From Patescibacteria group bacterium (lineage in GTDB: Bacteria; Patescibacteriota; Patescibacteriia; Buchananbacterales; UBA6539), in NCBI GenBank assembly GCA_041662625.1, contig JBAZSB010000001.1:855710-919709 (forward strand): DNA of 64,000 bases. The letters are read 5' to 3'. Position numbers and translations under genes: made by a program. Within the stretch, counting starts at the first letter, position 1; each line of letters opens with the position of its first letter. The notes beneath the pieces are model-generated. The model searched no databases, was not told the DNA's origin, and was given only the letters and a program-made list of their open reading frames with translations. Of this stretch, positions 1 to 9,980 are shown piece by piece.

Positions 1-1
1 T

Positions 2-85
2 AACGGTATAATTGTTATTTTTTTGGCTTATGCTTTAGTTTATGTGATGTTATTTTCAATGGGTGGAGCTATAGGTAGTAAATAA
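2..85 (+). CDS. 3' end of a pilin-like gene truncated by the window edge
   Basis: Frame 2 reads NGIIVIFLAYALVYVMLFSMGGAIGSK*, resembling the C-terminal hydrophobic helix of the downstream paralogs. Confidence 0.7.
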   Translation, partial: NGIIVIFLAYALVYVMLFSMGGAIGSK

Positions 86-89
86 AAAA

Positions 90-494
90 ATGTTTTTAAA
101 AAAAATTAATTTAATAACAATAATTGCCCTTTTACTTTTTAATTTTCTGCTAGCCGATATCAGTCAAGCGAGTGTTTTTGAGCAAATTATGAAAGGATTC
201 TCCACGACTGGTGATAAGGCGGGTTATGCCCTAAGTGGTCAAGCTCCGGCTCAAGAATTTGTTCCAGCTTTTATGGCTTATATCAATAGCTTCTTGGCTA
301 TAATAGCTGCTTTATTCATGGTCTTGATAATTTATGGCGGCTACCTTTGGATGAATGCCCGCGGCCGCGAGGAACAAGTTGAACGGGCAAAAAAATTAAT
401 TCTTGGTGCTGTTATTGGTATGGCTATAATTTTAGGCGGTCGTATGATTGCCGAACTAGCTTTATTTGTCCTGAATAAAACTTTACCAACATAA
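90..494 (+). CDS. VirB2/TrbC-like (T4SS_pilin-type) pilin
   Basis: Signal peptide; two hydrophobic helices flanking YGGYLWMNARGREEQVERAKK. Confidence 0.8.
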   Translation: MFLKKINLITIIALLLFNFLLADISQASVFEQIMKGFSTTGDKAGYALSGQAPAQEFVPAFMAYINSFLAIIAALFMVLIIYGGYLWMNARGREEQVERAKKLILGAVIGMAIILGGRMIAELALFVLNKTLPT

Positions 495-919
495 TGAAAA
501 AACACCTTAGATTAATCAGCAGTTTCCTTATAATTTCTTTCTTGGTGCTTGTGTTTCTGCCAAACACCGCTTCAGCCGAATCAATCTTCCAAAAGATGCT
601 GGGTGGCTACAAAACCGCTGTCAATAAAGCCTACGGCGGTGAAACCGGCGCTAAAACAAATATCGGCACTTTTTCGGGTGGCTTATTTATCATTGTCAAT
701 TATCTCTTAACATTAGTTGGAATTGCCTTTTTCTTACTTTTAATTTATGCCGGCTACCTTTGGATGACGGCACGTGGTAATGAAGAACATGTTGAACGGG
801 CAAAAAAAATCACTCGCGAAGCCGTAATTGCCTTACTTATCATCCTTTTGGCCAGAATCTTCACCGAGCTTGTTATTTATTACATCGGTAGTGCTGCTAC
901 TTCTACCCCAACCCCATAA
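494..919 (+). CDS. VirB2/TrbC-like pilin
   Basis: Signal peptide ending ASA; YAGYLWMTARGNEEHVERAKK. Confidence 0.8.
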   Translation: MKKHLRLISSFLIISFLVLVFLPNTASAESIFQKMLGGYKTAVNKAYGGETGAKTNIGTFSGGLFIIVNYLLTLVGIAFFLLLIYAGYLWMTARGNEEHVERAKKITREAVIALLIILLARIFTELVIYYIGSAATSTPTP

Positions 920-924
920 CAAAT

Positions 925-1347
925 ATGACAAAAATCAGAAAACAAATTATTATCTTCACCCTTTTGGCAATAATAGTGACCGGCCTTTTACCAACCAATT
1001 TTTGTTCGGCCGAAACGGTATTTGAAAGGATGAACAAAGCCCTTTCTACTTCAGACTTACCTACTGGCGGATCAAACCCCGATGCCAAAGCTCAAGAAAT
1101 CGTGGGAAAAATTATTGCCACTTTTTTAAGTATTTTCGGTATTATGTTTATGGCCTTAATGATTTATGGCGGCTACAAATGGATGATGGCTTCTGGCCGG
1201 GAAGAAGAAGTAAAAAAAGCCAAGGATACCATCCGGGCCGCCATTATTGGCTTAATTATTGTGATGATGGCCTATGCCATTAGTTACTTCGTGGCCAGCG
1301 GCCTCCAAAGGGCAACTACTGGTACTAGTACTGAATCAACAAAATAA
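925..1347 (+). CDS. VirB2/TrbC-like pilin
   Basis: YGGYKWMMASGREEEVKKAK core; same architecture as neighbours. Confidence 0.8.
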   Translation: MTKIRKQIIIFTLLAIIVTGLLPTNFCSAETVFERMNKALSTSDLPTGGSNPDAKAQEIVGKIIATFLSIFGIMFMALMIYGGYKWMMASGREEEVKKAKDTIRAAIIGLIIVMMAYAISYFVASGLQRATTGTSTESTK

Positions 1348-1351
1348 TCTT

Positions 1352-1753
1352 ATGAGCAAAAAAATAACAATTATTCTACTAGCAGTTACTACCTTGATGG
1401 TTTTAACTTCCATTATTGCCCCATCGGTATTGGCTATTGATATTACTAACAAATTACAAAATGTTGGTAATAACGCCGGCTATCCCAAAGATAATGCTAA
1501 TTCTTTACCTCAAATAATTGGTTTAGTAATTAAAGGCTTGCTTTCGCTTCTGGGCATTATCTTCATGTGTTACATTATCTATGGTGGCTATCTTTGGATG
1601 ACTGCGTCCGGCAAAGAAGAAAGTATTACTAAAGCCAAAGCCATTATTAAAGGCAGTATCATCGGCATAATTGTTGTTTTGGGTGCCTATGCTATTACGG
1701 AATTTGTGGTTGGCGCGGTCATCAGCGGCACTGGCTATTCAAAAACCGGATAA
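1352..1753 (+). CDS. VirB2/TrbC-like pilin
   Basis: Start moved to ATG 1352 (MSKKITIILL signal peptide); YGGYLWMTASGKEESITKAK. Confidence 0.8.
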   Translation: MSKKITIILLAVTTLMVLTSIIAPSVLAIDITNKLQNVGNNAGYPKDNANSLPQIIGLVIKGLLSLLGIIFMCYIIYGGYLWMTASGKEESITKAKAIIKGSIIGIIVVLGAYAITEFVVGAVISGTGYSKTG

Positions 1754-1781
1754 TAAATAACCCTTAACTAGCTTGATAAAA

Positions 1782-2183
1782 ATGATTAAAAAATACCAAA
1801 AAGAAATCCTAAGCGCCATAATTTTAATTTTACTCCTAGCGCCAACCCTGCTTTTAGCGGCTAACCTAGATGCCTCCCGAAGCGACTTAGAAAAAAATTT
1901 AATGGAAGGAGCCAGTAATGCCGGCTACAAAACCACGGGTGGCCAATCATCAATAGCCGTTCTGGCCGGCACCGTAGTCCGCATGTTTCTTTCACTTTTA
2001 GGTATTATTTTTATTGGCTACACCATCTATGCGGGCTATCTTTGGATGACGGCGGGCGGTAATGAAGAAAATGTGACAAAAGCCAAAAATATTTTACGTA
2101 ATGTGGTTATCGGCTTGATTGTTGTTTTGGCTTCTGCTGCAATTTATCTATTTATTAAAACTGCTTTCACTGGTGCTGAGTAA
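1782..2183 (+). CDS. VirB2/TrbC-like pilin
   Basis: ATG 1782; YAGYLWMTAGGNEENVTKAK. Confidence 0.8.
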   Translation: MIKKYQKEILSAIILILLLAPTLLLAANLDASRSDLEKNLMEGASNAGYKTTGGQSSIAVLAGTVVRMFLSLLGIIFIGYTIYAGYLWMTAGGNEENVTKAKNILRNVVIGLIVVLASAAIYLFIKTAFTGAE

Positions 2184-2217
2184 GGCAACAATCAAATTTA
2201 AAAATAAACTAGAACAA

Positions 2218-2634
2218 ATGCCAAAAGCAACAAAAATCCTAACTTTTATCGCCCTCGTTATTTTAGCTAATTTTTTATTAACCAGCCTAAATGTCCAAGC
2301 TGCTACTCAATTAGTTGACCCTAATGTTTTAAATCAAGATACCGAGTTTATTAAAGAAACTGGCCTGGGCACAAAAGTTAGCCTCGGTGATGTGGTGAGT
2401 CGGATAATTAAAATTTTACTTTCCTTTTTAGGTGTTATCTTTTTTCTTTTGATGGTTTATGCTGGTTTCACCTGGATGATGGCCGCCGGCAATGAAGAAA
2501 AGGTAACAAAAGCCAAAAAAATTATGGCTTCCGCCGTTATTGGCTTAGCCATCGTCATTGCCGCCTATACAATTACTTACTTTGTAATTGATAAAATTCT
2601 TGAAGCAACGAAAGGTAGCTCCGGTTTAGACTAA
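2218..2634 (+). CDS. VirB2/TrbC-like pilin
   Basis: Start moved to ATG 2218 (MPKATKIL...VQA); YAGFTWMMAAGNEEKVTKAK. Confidence 0.8.
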   Translation: MPKATKILTFIALVILANFLLTSLNVQAATQLVDPNVLNQDTEFIKETGLGTKVSLGDVVSRIIKILLSFLGVIFFLLMVYAGFTWMMAAGNEEKVTKAKKIMASAVIGLAIVIAAYTITYFVIDKILEATKGSSGLD

Positions 2635-2658
2635 CTATTTATAACCAAATAAAACCTT

Positions 2659-3078
2659 ATGAAAAAGAACCTCTTAACTTTTTTCGGCCTGATTATTATC
2701 ACTAGTCTATTAACTTTGGTCCTAGTCCCCGTTCCGGTTTTGGCTGACGAAGAAATTGGCGATTTGATTGAGAATCAAATGGAGCCGATTCAAAATATTT
2801 ACGGCCAAGAGCAGGTTTCACCGGATACCTTTGCCGTTGCGGTGGCAAAAATTATTTCGATTGTGCTGGGATTTTTAGGCATTATCTTTTTAGTCTTAAT
2901 GATTTATGCTGGTTTCACCTGGATGACAGCAGCCGGTAATGAAGAAAGTATAACGAGAGCAAAAAAAACCATGATCGCCGCCGTCATTGGCGTGGCCATT
3001 GTTTTAGTGGCCTACGCCATCACTGTCTTTGTGATTAATTCTTTGCTAGAAGCTACAGGCGCCGAAGGATTTGAATAA
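2659..3078 (+). CDS. VirB2/TrbC-like pilin
   Basis: Signal peptide ending VLA; YAGFTWMTAAGNEESITRAK. Confidence 0.8.
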   Translation: MKKNLLTFFGLIIITSLLTLVLVPVPVLADEEIGDLIENQMEPIQNIYGQEQVSPDTFAVAVAKIISIVLGFLGIIFLVLMIYAGFTWMTAAGNEESITRAKKTMIAAVIGVAIVLVAYAITVFVINSLLEATGAEGFE

Positions 3079-3100
3079 ACTAAAATCAATAATTTGTTTT

Positions 3101-3128
3101 ATCCCGACTTCGTGTCGGGATTTTTTTT
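3101..3128 (+). terminator. Intrinsic terminator of the pilin array
   Basis: atcccgac-ttcgt-gtcgggat hairpin followed by a T run. Confidence 0.85.
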
Positions 3129-3130
3129 AG

Positions 3131-3241
3131 ATTAACCCCCACACCTATTCCACCTATTAAATTTATATTTAAATAATCTTTTAGTAAATAAATAAATTAT
3201 CGATTCAGATGCTAATTAGCAAAATAGGTGTGGGGGTTAAT
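3131..3241. mobile_element. MITE-like element
   Basis: Perfect 19-bp inverted repeats attaacccccacacctatt / aataggtgtgggggttaat around an AT-rich non-coding core. Confidence 0.6.
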
Positions 3242-3279
3242 GCCTTGTTTTTGCCCCAAAGGCAAGGTAAAATAACTAC

Positions 3280-5235
3280 ATGAAAAAAGAAAGCTTAATT
3301 AATCATTTTATTACCAAAAAAAGTCGATGGGTAATAATTTTAGCCATCATTTTTTATCTTGTTTTATTTGGCTTTATCAGTCTTTGGAAATATTACAACT
3401 TTGGTTATAACGCCTTAGACTTAGCCATCATTAACCAGGTTTTTTATAATTCAAGCCAGGGGAATTTCTTTGCTTCCAGTATCCATCCGCCAACATACCT
3501 GGGTGATCATTTCTCACCGATTTTATTTCTGCTTCTGCCTTTTTATTGGCTTTGGCGCTCCCCGCAAATTTTGTTGATTTTTCAAACTCTTATTTTAGCC
3601 GCTTGCAGTTGGCCATTATACCTAATCACCAAAAAAGTGCTGGGACAAAGCTGGGCTCTTGGGTTAGTTTTAATCTGGCTACTTAATCCCTTTGTCCAAA
3701 ACATCAATTTGTTCGAATTCCACTTTTTGGCTTTGGGCATCTTTTTTATTTTTTGGGCTTTTTATTTTTACCAAAACAAAAATTTATTTGCTTATTTACT
3801 TATTTGCCTGCTGGCGCTAATGGTTCGGGAGGATTTAGCCCTAGTAATTATACTGTTTGGCCTGGTTGCTTTCTTGGAAAAACGGGGATGGCGCTGGTGG
3901 CTTGTAACAATTCTCCTGAGCGGGCTTTATTTTATAGCGGCTTTAAAAATTACCAGTTTTTTTGCTCCTGGGGAACAATATAAATTCTTAATTTACTATT
4001 CCTGGCTGGGCCAAACTCCGGCCCAAGCCCTGAATCACCTGGTTTTCCAACCCTGGCTTGTCATTCAGCAATTATTCAGATTTAATAATATAATCTTTAC
4101 TTTGGCACTTTTTTTACCCTGGGTATTTCTGCCTCTAATCAATCCTTTTTATCTTTTGCTAGGTTTAGGAATCTTTCTCCAATTGACACTGGGAAGTGGC
4201 GGCGGCTCCACCACAATTTTAGATACTTACTATTCAAGTCTGCTTTTACCGCCAATTTTTATTGCTGCCATTTATTCCTTAAAAAAAATTATTGATAATA
4301 AGTCAGATATTAGCCAAAAAATCCAAAATTATCGAGGGCTAGTCGGCTTAATTTTTGTTACTGGCATTATTTATTCCACCCTAACCCTTGGGCCAATTGT
4401 TGGCAGTCTGAATAAAATTTTTCAAACTGGCTTAATCTCCCCAACCAGCCAAAGTAAAAAAGAATTTATCGAAAAAATTCCTCCTGATGCGGCCGTGGCT
4501 ACAACTTACGATTTTTTGGCTCCCCTTTCTTCCCGGACAAACCTTTATTCATTTAATTACATTTTTTTGGGTAAACAACAATTCCTAACCAAAGACTATG
4601 CCCTACCAGATGACACCAAGTATTTGCTGATTGATTACAATGATTTCATCACTTACCAACTTCAGTATGGTAAAAATTTATTTTATCAGGCTCAATACCA
4701 AAAAGCAGCAAAAAATTGGCCAAAAACGCTATTAGGTTTTGGCCTAGTAGAAATCAAAGATAGCTTGGCTTTATACCAAAAAGGAGTAGCGGATAAATTC
4801 TCCTTAGTGGAAGTGCTACCAGAAATTCCTGCGGGGCTAAAAACAAAAAATTTGGTAATTACACCTGAAATAAAATTTATTGGTTTTAAAAAAATTGACA
4901 TGCAGTACCAACTATTCTGGGAAATCAATTTACCATTAACAAAAGATTACCAGCTTAACCTGTCCTTAGGCGGTGATGGAATCACTGAGACAAAGACTTA
5001 CCCTTTTGCTTATAATTTACTACAAACCGATAACTTGGGGGGTCAAACTATAATTCAAACCAACTATTGGCCAGATTTTATCAAAAAAGTCCCAAGCGGG
5101 ACCTATAATTTAAAAATTGATTTATCTGAAATTCAAGCGGGCGGGATTGAAGTCGATCAAATCCGATCAACGAAAAATGTAGTGGACCGAGAAAAGTTAA
5201 TTGGCGAAGTTTTAATTGGTCCAATTAATCTTTGA
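3280..5235 (+). CDS. DUF2079-like polytopic membrane protein (GT-C fold candidate)
   Basis: N-terminal YNALDLAIINQ, LGDHFSPIL, FEFH and RED motifs; many TM helices; soluble C-terminal tail. Confidence 0.7.
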   Translation: MKKESLINHFITKKSRWVIILAIIFYLVLFGFISLWKYYNFGYNALDLAIINQVFYNSSQGNFFASSIHPPTYLGDHFSPILFLLLPFYWLWRSPQILLIFQTLILAACSWPLYLITKKVLGQSWALGLVLIWLLNPFVQNINLFEFHFLALGIFFIFWAFYFYQNKNLFAYLLICLLALMVREDLALVIILFGLVAFLEKRGWRWWLVTILLSGLYFIAALKITSFFAPGEQYKFLIYYSWLGQTPAQALNHLVFQPWLVIQQLFRFNNIIFTLALFLPWVFLPLINPFYLLLGLGIFLQLTLGSGGGSTTILDTYYSSLLLPPIFIAAIYSLKKIIDNKSDISQKIQNYRGLVGLIFVTGIIYSTLTLGPIVGSLNKIFQTGLISPTSQSKKEFIEKIPPDAAVATTYDFLAPLSSRTNLYSFNYIFLGKQQFLTKDYALPDDTKYLLIDYNDFITYQLQYGKNLFYQAQYQKAAKNWPKTLLGFGLVEIKDSLALYQKGVADKFSLVEVLPEIPAGLKTKNLVITPEIKFIGFKKIDMQYQLFWEINLPLTKDYQLNLSLGGDGITETKTYPFAYNLLQTDNLGGQTIIQTNYWPDFIKKVPSGTYNLKIDLSEIQAGGIEVDQIRSTKNVVDREKLIGEVLIGPINL

Positions 5236-6889
5236 TGACTTGATAAATTTGGACTTGGCCAGACTCAAAAACTAATCTTAAGTAATTTTTAGTGGCTGGA
5301 TCAAAACTACCCAGCTTTTTTTCATAATCACTATAAAAAATATAGTCAATCCCTTGCTTGTTTAAAAATTCTTTTTTGGCAGAATCTTGAGTATTATCTT
5401 TCAAAAACCAAATTAAATAAGGCAACTTGGAATCATAAAACAAGGTTTCGTGCAAATGAGCTAGATATACTGGCTGGCCAGAAAAACCGGGAATAAATTT
5501 TGCCGGCATTTCACTGGCCAAAACCACTTGGCCCAAAGGCTGATTTTTCAGCCAAGCCATGGCCGAAAGTACATCTTGGCTAAAATAAAATTTTTCTTTT
5601 ACTTCCTTTGGCTGAGCCGTAAAAAAATATAAATCGCGATAGAGGTTAAATAATGTTGATGGGCTAAGCAAAACAATAAACAAAACGCCCAGTAAAAATG
5701 GGTTTTCCACTAAAAAATTAGAGTAACTAGGTTTAAGTTTTGTTTTCAAGTAATCATATAAATAAAATAAGCCGGCAACGGTAAAAATCACCAAAACTAC
5801 ATGCAAGCCTTGAGTATAACGGCTATGAAAAGGCAGGGGTGAATAAATCAAAGCCAAATCTACCAAAAGCCAAACTAAGAGAAAAATGAAAGAATTGGTA
5901 AATTTTTTATTCCGCCCAAGAAAAACTAAGCCCAAAATCAACCCTAACCAAAGCCAGCCATAGCCCACGAAAACAAAAATTGGCGGCGATATAAAAGTTA
6001 CATTTTGGGCGGCCCGCTGGGCAATTACGGCACTGTTTTGAATCAACCAAAAATGATAAAAAATTGAAGGGGCAGAAAGTAAAAAAACTAAAATTAAATA
6101 CATCGCTTCAGTCCATAAAAATCTTTTGGCTTCTAGCATCAAAATAAAAAGGTACAGCCCCCCCACCCCAAAAATAACCGGGACATAATAAGGATGAAAA
6201 TTAAAATAAAATAAAGCTAAAACTCCACTAACCAAAGCATAACTAAGCTTTCTCTTTTCAAAAGCCAAAAGCATCAATAAAAAAATTAAAAGCATCAAAG
6301 TGATTGAAGCGATAAAATGAGAGGTTTGATATAAAGTGTTAAAGGTATTGGCCTCAGGTATCCATAAATCAATCGGCCAGCGATAAATTGAGGTATCAGC
6401 TAGGCCGAGCTTAAAAACCGGACCGGCAAAATAAAAACCAATGCCTGAGGCAAAAAATAAAAAAATTAAACAGATTTTCCGCTTCAGGACTTCAGGAAAA
6501 ATATAGCTAATAAAAAGATAGGCCACAAAAATAAAAATGGGAATCATTAAAATCCGAGAAAGCTGAAAACCCAATATGAGCGGCACGTGAAAAAATCTTA
6601 CCCCTAAGCCAACCAATGTCCACCAAACATTAAAAGTGCCCAAAGTCTGGGGCTCACTGGTAAATAAATCTTTAACCAAAAACTCACCTGAAGTAACTTG
6701 ATTAATATAAGAATAGTAAACCGGAATATCGCCCGGGCTTAAGGCGTGTAAACCATTATAAGCTGTTTGGCTCGGCGCATTTAAATAACCAACTAAATAA
6801 GGCAGGCCGGTTAAAATAATAATAACCACCGTTAGGATGGCGACAAACTGCCATTCTTTTTTGGAAATTGATTTAATTAGTTCCTTCAT
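5225..6889 (-). CDS. Polytopic membrane protein, GT-C-like glycosyltransferase candidate
   Basis: GDIPVYYSYINQ after TM1; FHPY; C-terminal soluble domain; paralog of 6910..8556. Confidence 0.65.
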   Translation of the reverse strand: MKELIKSISKKEWQFVAILTVVIIILTGLPYLVGYLNAPSQTAYNGLHALSPGDIPVYYSYINQVTSGEFLVKDLFTSEPQTLGTFNVWWTLVGLGVRFFHVPLILGFQLSRILMIPIFIFVAYLFISYIFPEVLKRKICLIFLFFASGIGFYFAGPVFKLGLADTSIYRWPIDLWIPEANTFNTLYQTSHFIASITLMLLIFLLMLLAFEKRKLSYALVSGVLALFYFNFHPYYVPVIFGVGGLYLFILMLEAKRFLWTEAMYLILVFLLSAPSIFYHFWLIQNSAVIAQRAAQNVTFISPPIFVFVGYGWLWLGLILGLVFLGRNKKFTNSFIFLLVWLLVDLALIYSPLPFHSRYTQGLHVVLVIFTVAGLFYLYDYLKTKLKPSYSNFLVENPFLLGVLFIVLLSPSTLFNLYRDLYFFTAQPKEVKEKFYFSQDVLSAMAWLKNQPLGQVVLASEMPAKFIPGFSGQPVYLAHLHETLFYDSKLPYLIWFLKDNTQDSAKKEFLNKQGIDYIFYSDYEKKLGSFDPATKNYLRLVFESGQVQIYQVIKD

Positions 6890-6909
6890 AGTAGGTGATA
6901 CTTTTTATT

Positions 6910-8556
6910 TTACCACGCCTGGTAAATTTCAACTTCCGGATTTTTGTAGACTAATTTAAGATAAGATTTTTGGCCGGGCTGAAAATTACCCAGACTTTTT
7001 TCATACTTAGTATAAAAAACAAAATCAATTTTTTGGGCTTTAAGCCAAGCCTCTTTCTGATCGTCGATATCATTTGTACTAAAAAACCATTTTAAATCAG
7101 CCAATTTTTGGTCATAATTAACAGTCTGATGCAAATGACCAATATAAACTTTGTCACCGGTGATGGCCGGCATTGGATTTGCTACCCGAGGGGTGGCTAA
7201 AATTGTTGAGGGTTTTTCCGCTTTCAACCGAAGAGCGGCTTGGTAGTAACTGGCCGGAAAATAAAAAGCTTCATCATGACGCTGGTAAAAAATTAGATTG
7301 GAAACAAGAACCGAAATATTAGATAAAGCCAAAATAAAAAATAAGAAGATAGTAATTAAATAAGGAATAATTTTTAATTTGATTCGAGAAAAAAATAAAT
7401 CTAAAAATTTTACTGCCCCAAGTGACGCAAAGATGACCAAAGGGATAAAAACGGTGCTCAAAACCCGCCGTTGCTGGGAAAATGGTAAATAGGCTAAGAA
7501 TAAGTTAATTAAAAGCCAGCTTAACAAAAAAATAAATTTCCAGTCATTTTTTTTCGGCCAAAAATAGATTCCGGCCAAAGCAAAAATAAAAATTAGACCG
7601 TAACCGGTCAACAACCGAAAAATTGGCGGACTTTCGGTAAAGTTAGTCTGATTCCAAACAGGAAAAAACGGGTCAAACTTAAATAAAATCAGATAATAAA
7701 CAAAAATGGCGCCAAAAGCAGAAAAAATTATTCCTAGCCGTAAAATGAGTGGCTTTAAATCCACGACTTTTTGTTTAGTTAGCAAGTGAAAATACCAAAT
7801 AATCAAAACAAAAAAACTGGAAACAAAAGCAACCGTGATTAAGTCGTAGGGATGAAAAAATCCTAAAAATAAAACTAAGAGAAATAAACCAGTAATCAGC
7901 CAGTAATTCAGCTTAAGCTCGGAATTAATAAATAAATAAAAAATTAGCAATTCAACCAATAAAGCCAACGGTAATAGAGGGGAATGAAAAATATTAACAA
8001 AAACATTAAGCTCGGGCAAAAAAAGGTCAGCGGAAATCTGGTTAATAATCTCTAAGCCATTTAAATGAGAACTGAATTCCACAAACAAAGGATGTAAAAA
8101 GGCCCCAATTCCTGAGCCGAAAGCCAGCAACAAAAAACCAATTTTCCGCTGCCAAACGTCTTTGACAAAATAAGCAAGAAATAAATACAAAAAAATTAAA
8201 AGGCAAAAGCCAAAAACAATCCGGGCCACCTGATAGATAAAAATTTTGGGCAACTGACTTAACTTAACTAGTAAGCCTAAAAACAGCCAAAAAGGCTGAA
8301 CCATTAATGAATAGGCTAAATCGTGAGAGTAAAGATTAGCCAAAAAAAATTTCCCAATACTAGCCTGCTCCATTAAAGATAAATAGACCGTGATATCACC
8401 AACGTTAGTATAATTGCTCCATAAAAAATAATCATTGGAACTAAGATAACCATAAAGATAAGGTAGAGTGGTCAAAATGATCACTACTCCCCCGATAATC
8501 CAAACAAAGCGCCATTCTTTGTCTGAGACGGAATTAAAAATTTTACTTAAAGTCAT
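6910..8556 (-). CDS. Polytopic membrane protein, GT-C-like glycosyltransferase candidate
   Basis: GDITVYLSLMEQ; FHPYD; paralog of the adjacent gene; ATG 8556 overlaps the upstream stop. Confidence 0.65.
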   Translation of the reverse strand: MTLSKIFNSVSDKEWRFVWIIGGVVIILTTLPYLYGYLSSNDYFLWSNYTNVGDITVYLSLMEQASIGKFFLANLYSHDLAYSLMVQPFWLFLGLLVKLSQLPKIFIYQVARIVFGFCLLIFLYLFLAYFVKDVWQRKIGFLLLAFGSGIGAFLHPLFVEFSSHLNGLEIINQISADLFLPELNVFVNIFHSPLLPLALLVELLIFYLFINSELKLNYWLITGLFLLVLFLGFFHPYDLITVAFVSSFFVLIIWYFHLLTKQKVVDLKPLILRLGIIFSAFGAIFVYYLILFKFDPFFPVWNQTNFTESPPIFRLLTGYGLIFIFALAGIYFWPKKNDWKFIFLLSWLLINLFLAYLPFSQQRRVLSTVFIPLVIFASLGAVKFLDLFFSRIKLKIIPYLITIFLFFILALSNISVLVSNLIFYQRHDEAFYFPASYYQAALRLKAEKPSTILATPRVANPMPAITGDKVYIGHLHQTVNYDQKLADLKWFFSTNDIDDQKEAWLKAQKIDFVFYTKYEKSLGNFQPGQKSYLKLVYKNPEVEIYQAW

Positions 8557-9257
8557 TTTTTTAATCTTAAAAGCAAAACCTGCCAAAAACTTTCTAAAAT
8601 TATTTTAAGATTAAATTTCGATTTGCCTTCGGCCCGTTCCGTAAAAATGATGGGGATTTCAGCAATTCTAAAACCGGCTTGATAGGCCTTAAAAGTAGTT
8701 TCAATTTGAAAATTATAACCAACTGAACTTAAATCAGCCAAATTAATTTTTTCTAAAACCGCGTGTCGGTAGCATTTAAAACCACCCGTCAAATCTTTAA
8801 GCGGTAAATTCAAAATCAAACGGGCGTAAATATTGCCAAACCGACTAATTAAGCGCCGGACCAAATTCCAATTTTTTGTTCCCCCGCCAAAAATATAGCG
8901 GGAACCTAAAACTAAATCATAATCTTTGATTTTATTCAAAAATTCCGGGATATATCTGGGATCATGGGAAAAATCCGCATCCATTTCAAAAATATAATCC
9001 GCCCCGCGCTTCAAAGCTTCGCTAAACCCAGCCAAATAAGCTTTACCTAAGCCGGCTTTCTGCTGGCGGTGTAAAATATCAAGCTGGGGATTAATCTTTT
9101 TTCGTTCTTCAACTATTCGGCCGGTGCCATCCGGTGAATTATCATCAACGACCAAAATATTCAAGCCCTCAATCCCTAAAGCAAAAATTTGTTCAATCAA
9201 CTTGATAATATTATTTTTTTCATTATAAGTGGGAATAACGATGATAATTTTTGGCAT
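8553..9257 (-). CDS. GT2 polyprenol-phosphate mannose synthase (DPM1-like)
   Basis: IPTYNE, VDDNSPDGT, EMDADFSHDP, DLTGGFK. Confidence 0.9.
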   Translation of the reverse strand: MPKIIIVIPTYNEKNNIIKLIEQIFALGIEGLNILVVDDNSPDGTGRIVEERKKINPQLDILHRQQKAGLGKAYLAGFSEALKRGADYIFEMDADFSHDPRYIPEFLNKIKDYDLVLGSRYIFGGGTKNWNLVRRLISRFGNIYARLILNLPLKDLTGGFKCYRHAVLEKINLADLSSVGYNFQIETTFKAYQAGFRIAEIPIIFTERAEGKSKFNLKIILESFWQVLLLRLKK

Positions 9258-9259
9258 AA

Positions 9260-9976
9260 TTATTGGCTCTTAATTCTTTTTCTTAAAGCTAAAACTTCTT
9301 TAAAATAATTCCAACTTAAAGCCAACATGTTAACTCGGCTCTTATCAGTGCCTTCCCGCGGATCCTGCCAACTGATAGGTATTTCTTTAATTTTATAACC
9401 TTTTTTTTCGGCCAAAATCACCAGCTCGGAATCAAAAAACCACTGCTGATTGTTAATTAAATCAAGAAGATTTTCTTTAACTTTTTGGTTGATGGCTTTA
9501 AAACCGCAAGGCGCATCATTGATTTTTAAAGCCAAAATAATTTTTAAAACCAAGCGATAAGCCTGAGAAGTTAATTTCCTACCCAATGAACGGACGACTT
9601 TTGATTTCGGATGAAAGCGTGAACCAATCACTAAATCATTTCCTTCCTTAATCCCCGAGATTAACTGGGGCAAAGCAGCTAAATCAGTGGCTAAATCCGC
9701 ATCCATAAAACAATAAATATCGGCTGAGTCCTGCCGCCAAGCAGTTTTGATCGCTACCCCCTTACCTTTTTGACTAACAAATAAATATTTAACCGCTGGA
9801 AACTTAGCTGCTAAATCTTTGCCAATAACAGAAGTTCGATCTTTGGAATTATTATCGGCAATAATAATTTGCCAATCATCGCTTAAGTTCTGCTGGCAAA
9901 AAGCCAAAAGTTTTAAAACACTTTTTTCTAAGATTGATTCCTCATTGTAAGCCGGGATGGCAATTAAAATTTTCAT
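9260..9976 (-). CDS. GT2 polyprenol-phosphate glucosyltransferase-like
   Basis: IPAYNEE, DNNSKD, FMDADLATD, CGFKA, WFFDSEL. Confidence 0.88.
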   Translation of the reverse strand: MKILIAIPAYNEESILEKSVLKLLAFCQQNLSDDWQIIIADNNSKDRTSVIGKDLAAKFPAVKYLFVSQKGKGVAIKTAWRQDSADIYCFMDADLATDLAALPQLISGIKEGNDLVIGSRFHPKSKVVRSLGRKLTSQAYRLVLKIILALKINDAPCGFKAINQKVKENLLDLINNQQWFFDSELVILAEKKGYKIKEIPISWQDPREGTDKSRVNMLALSWNYFKEVLALRKRIKSQ

Positions 9977-9980
9977 GAAT

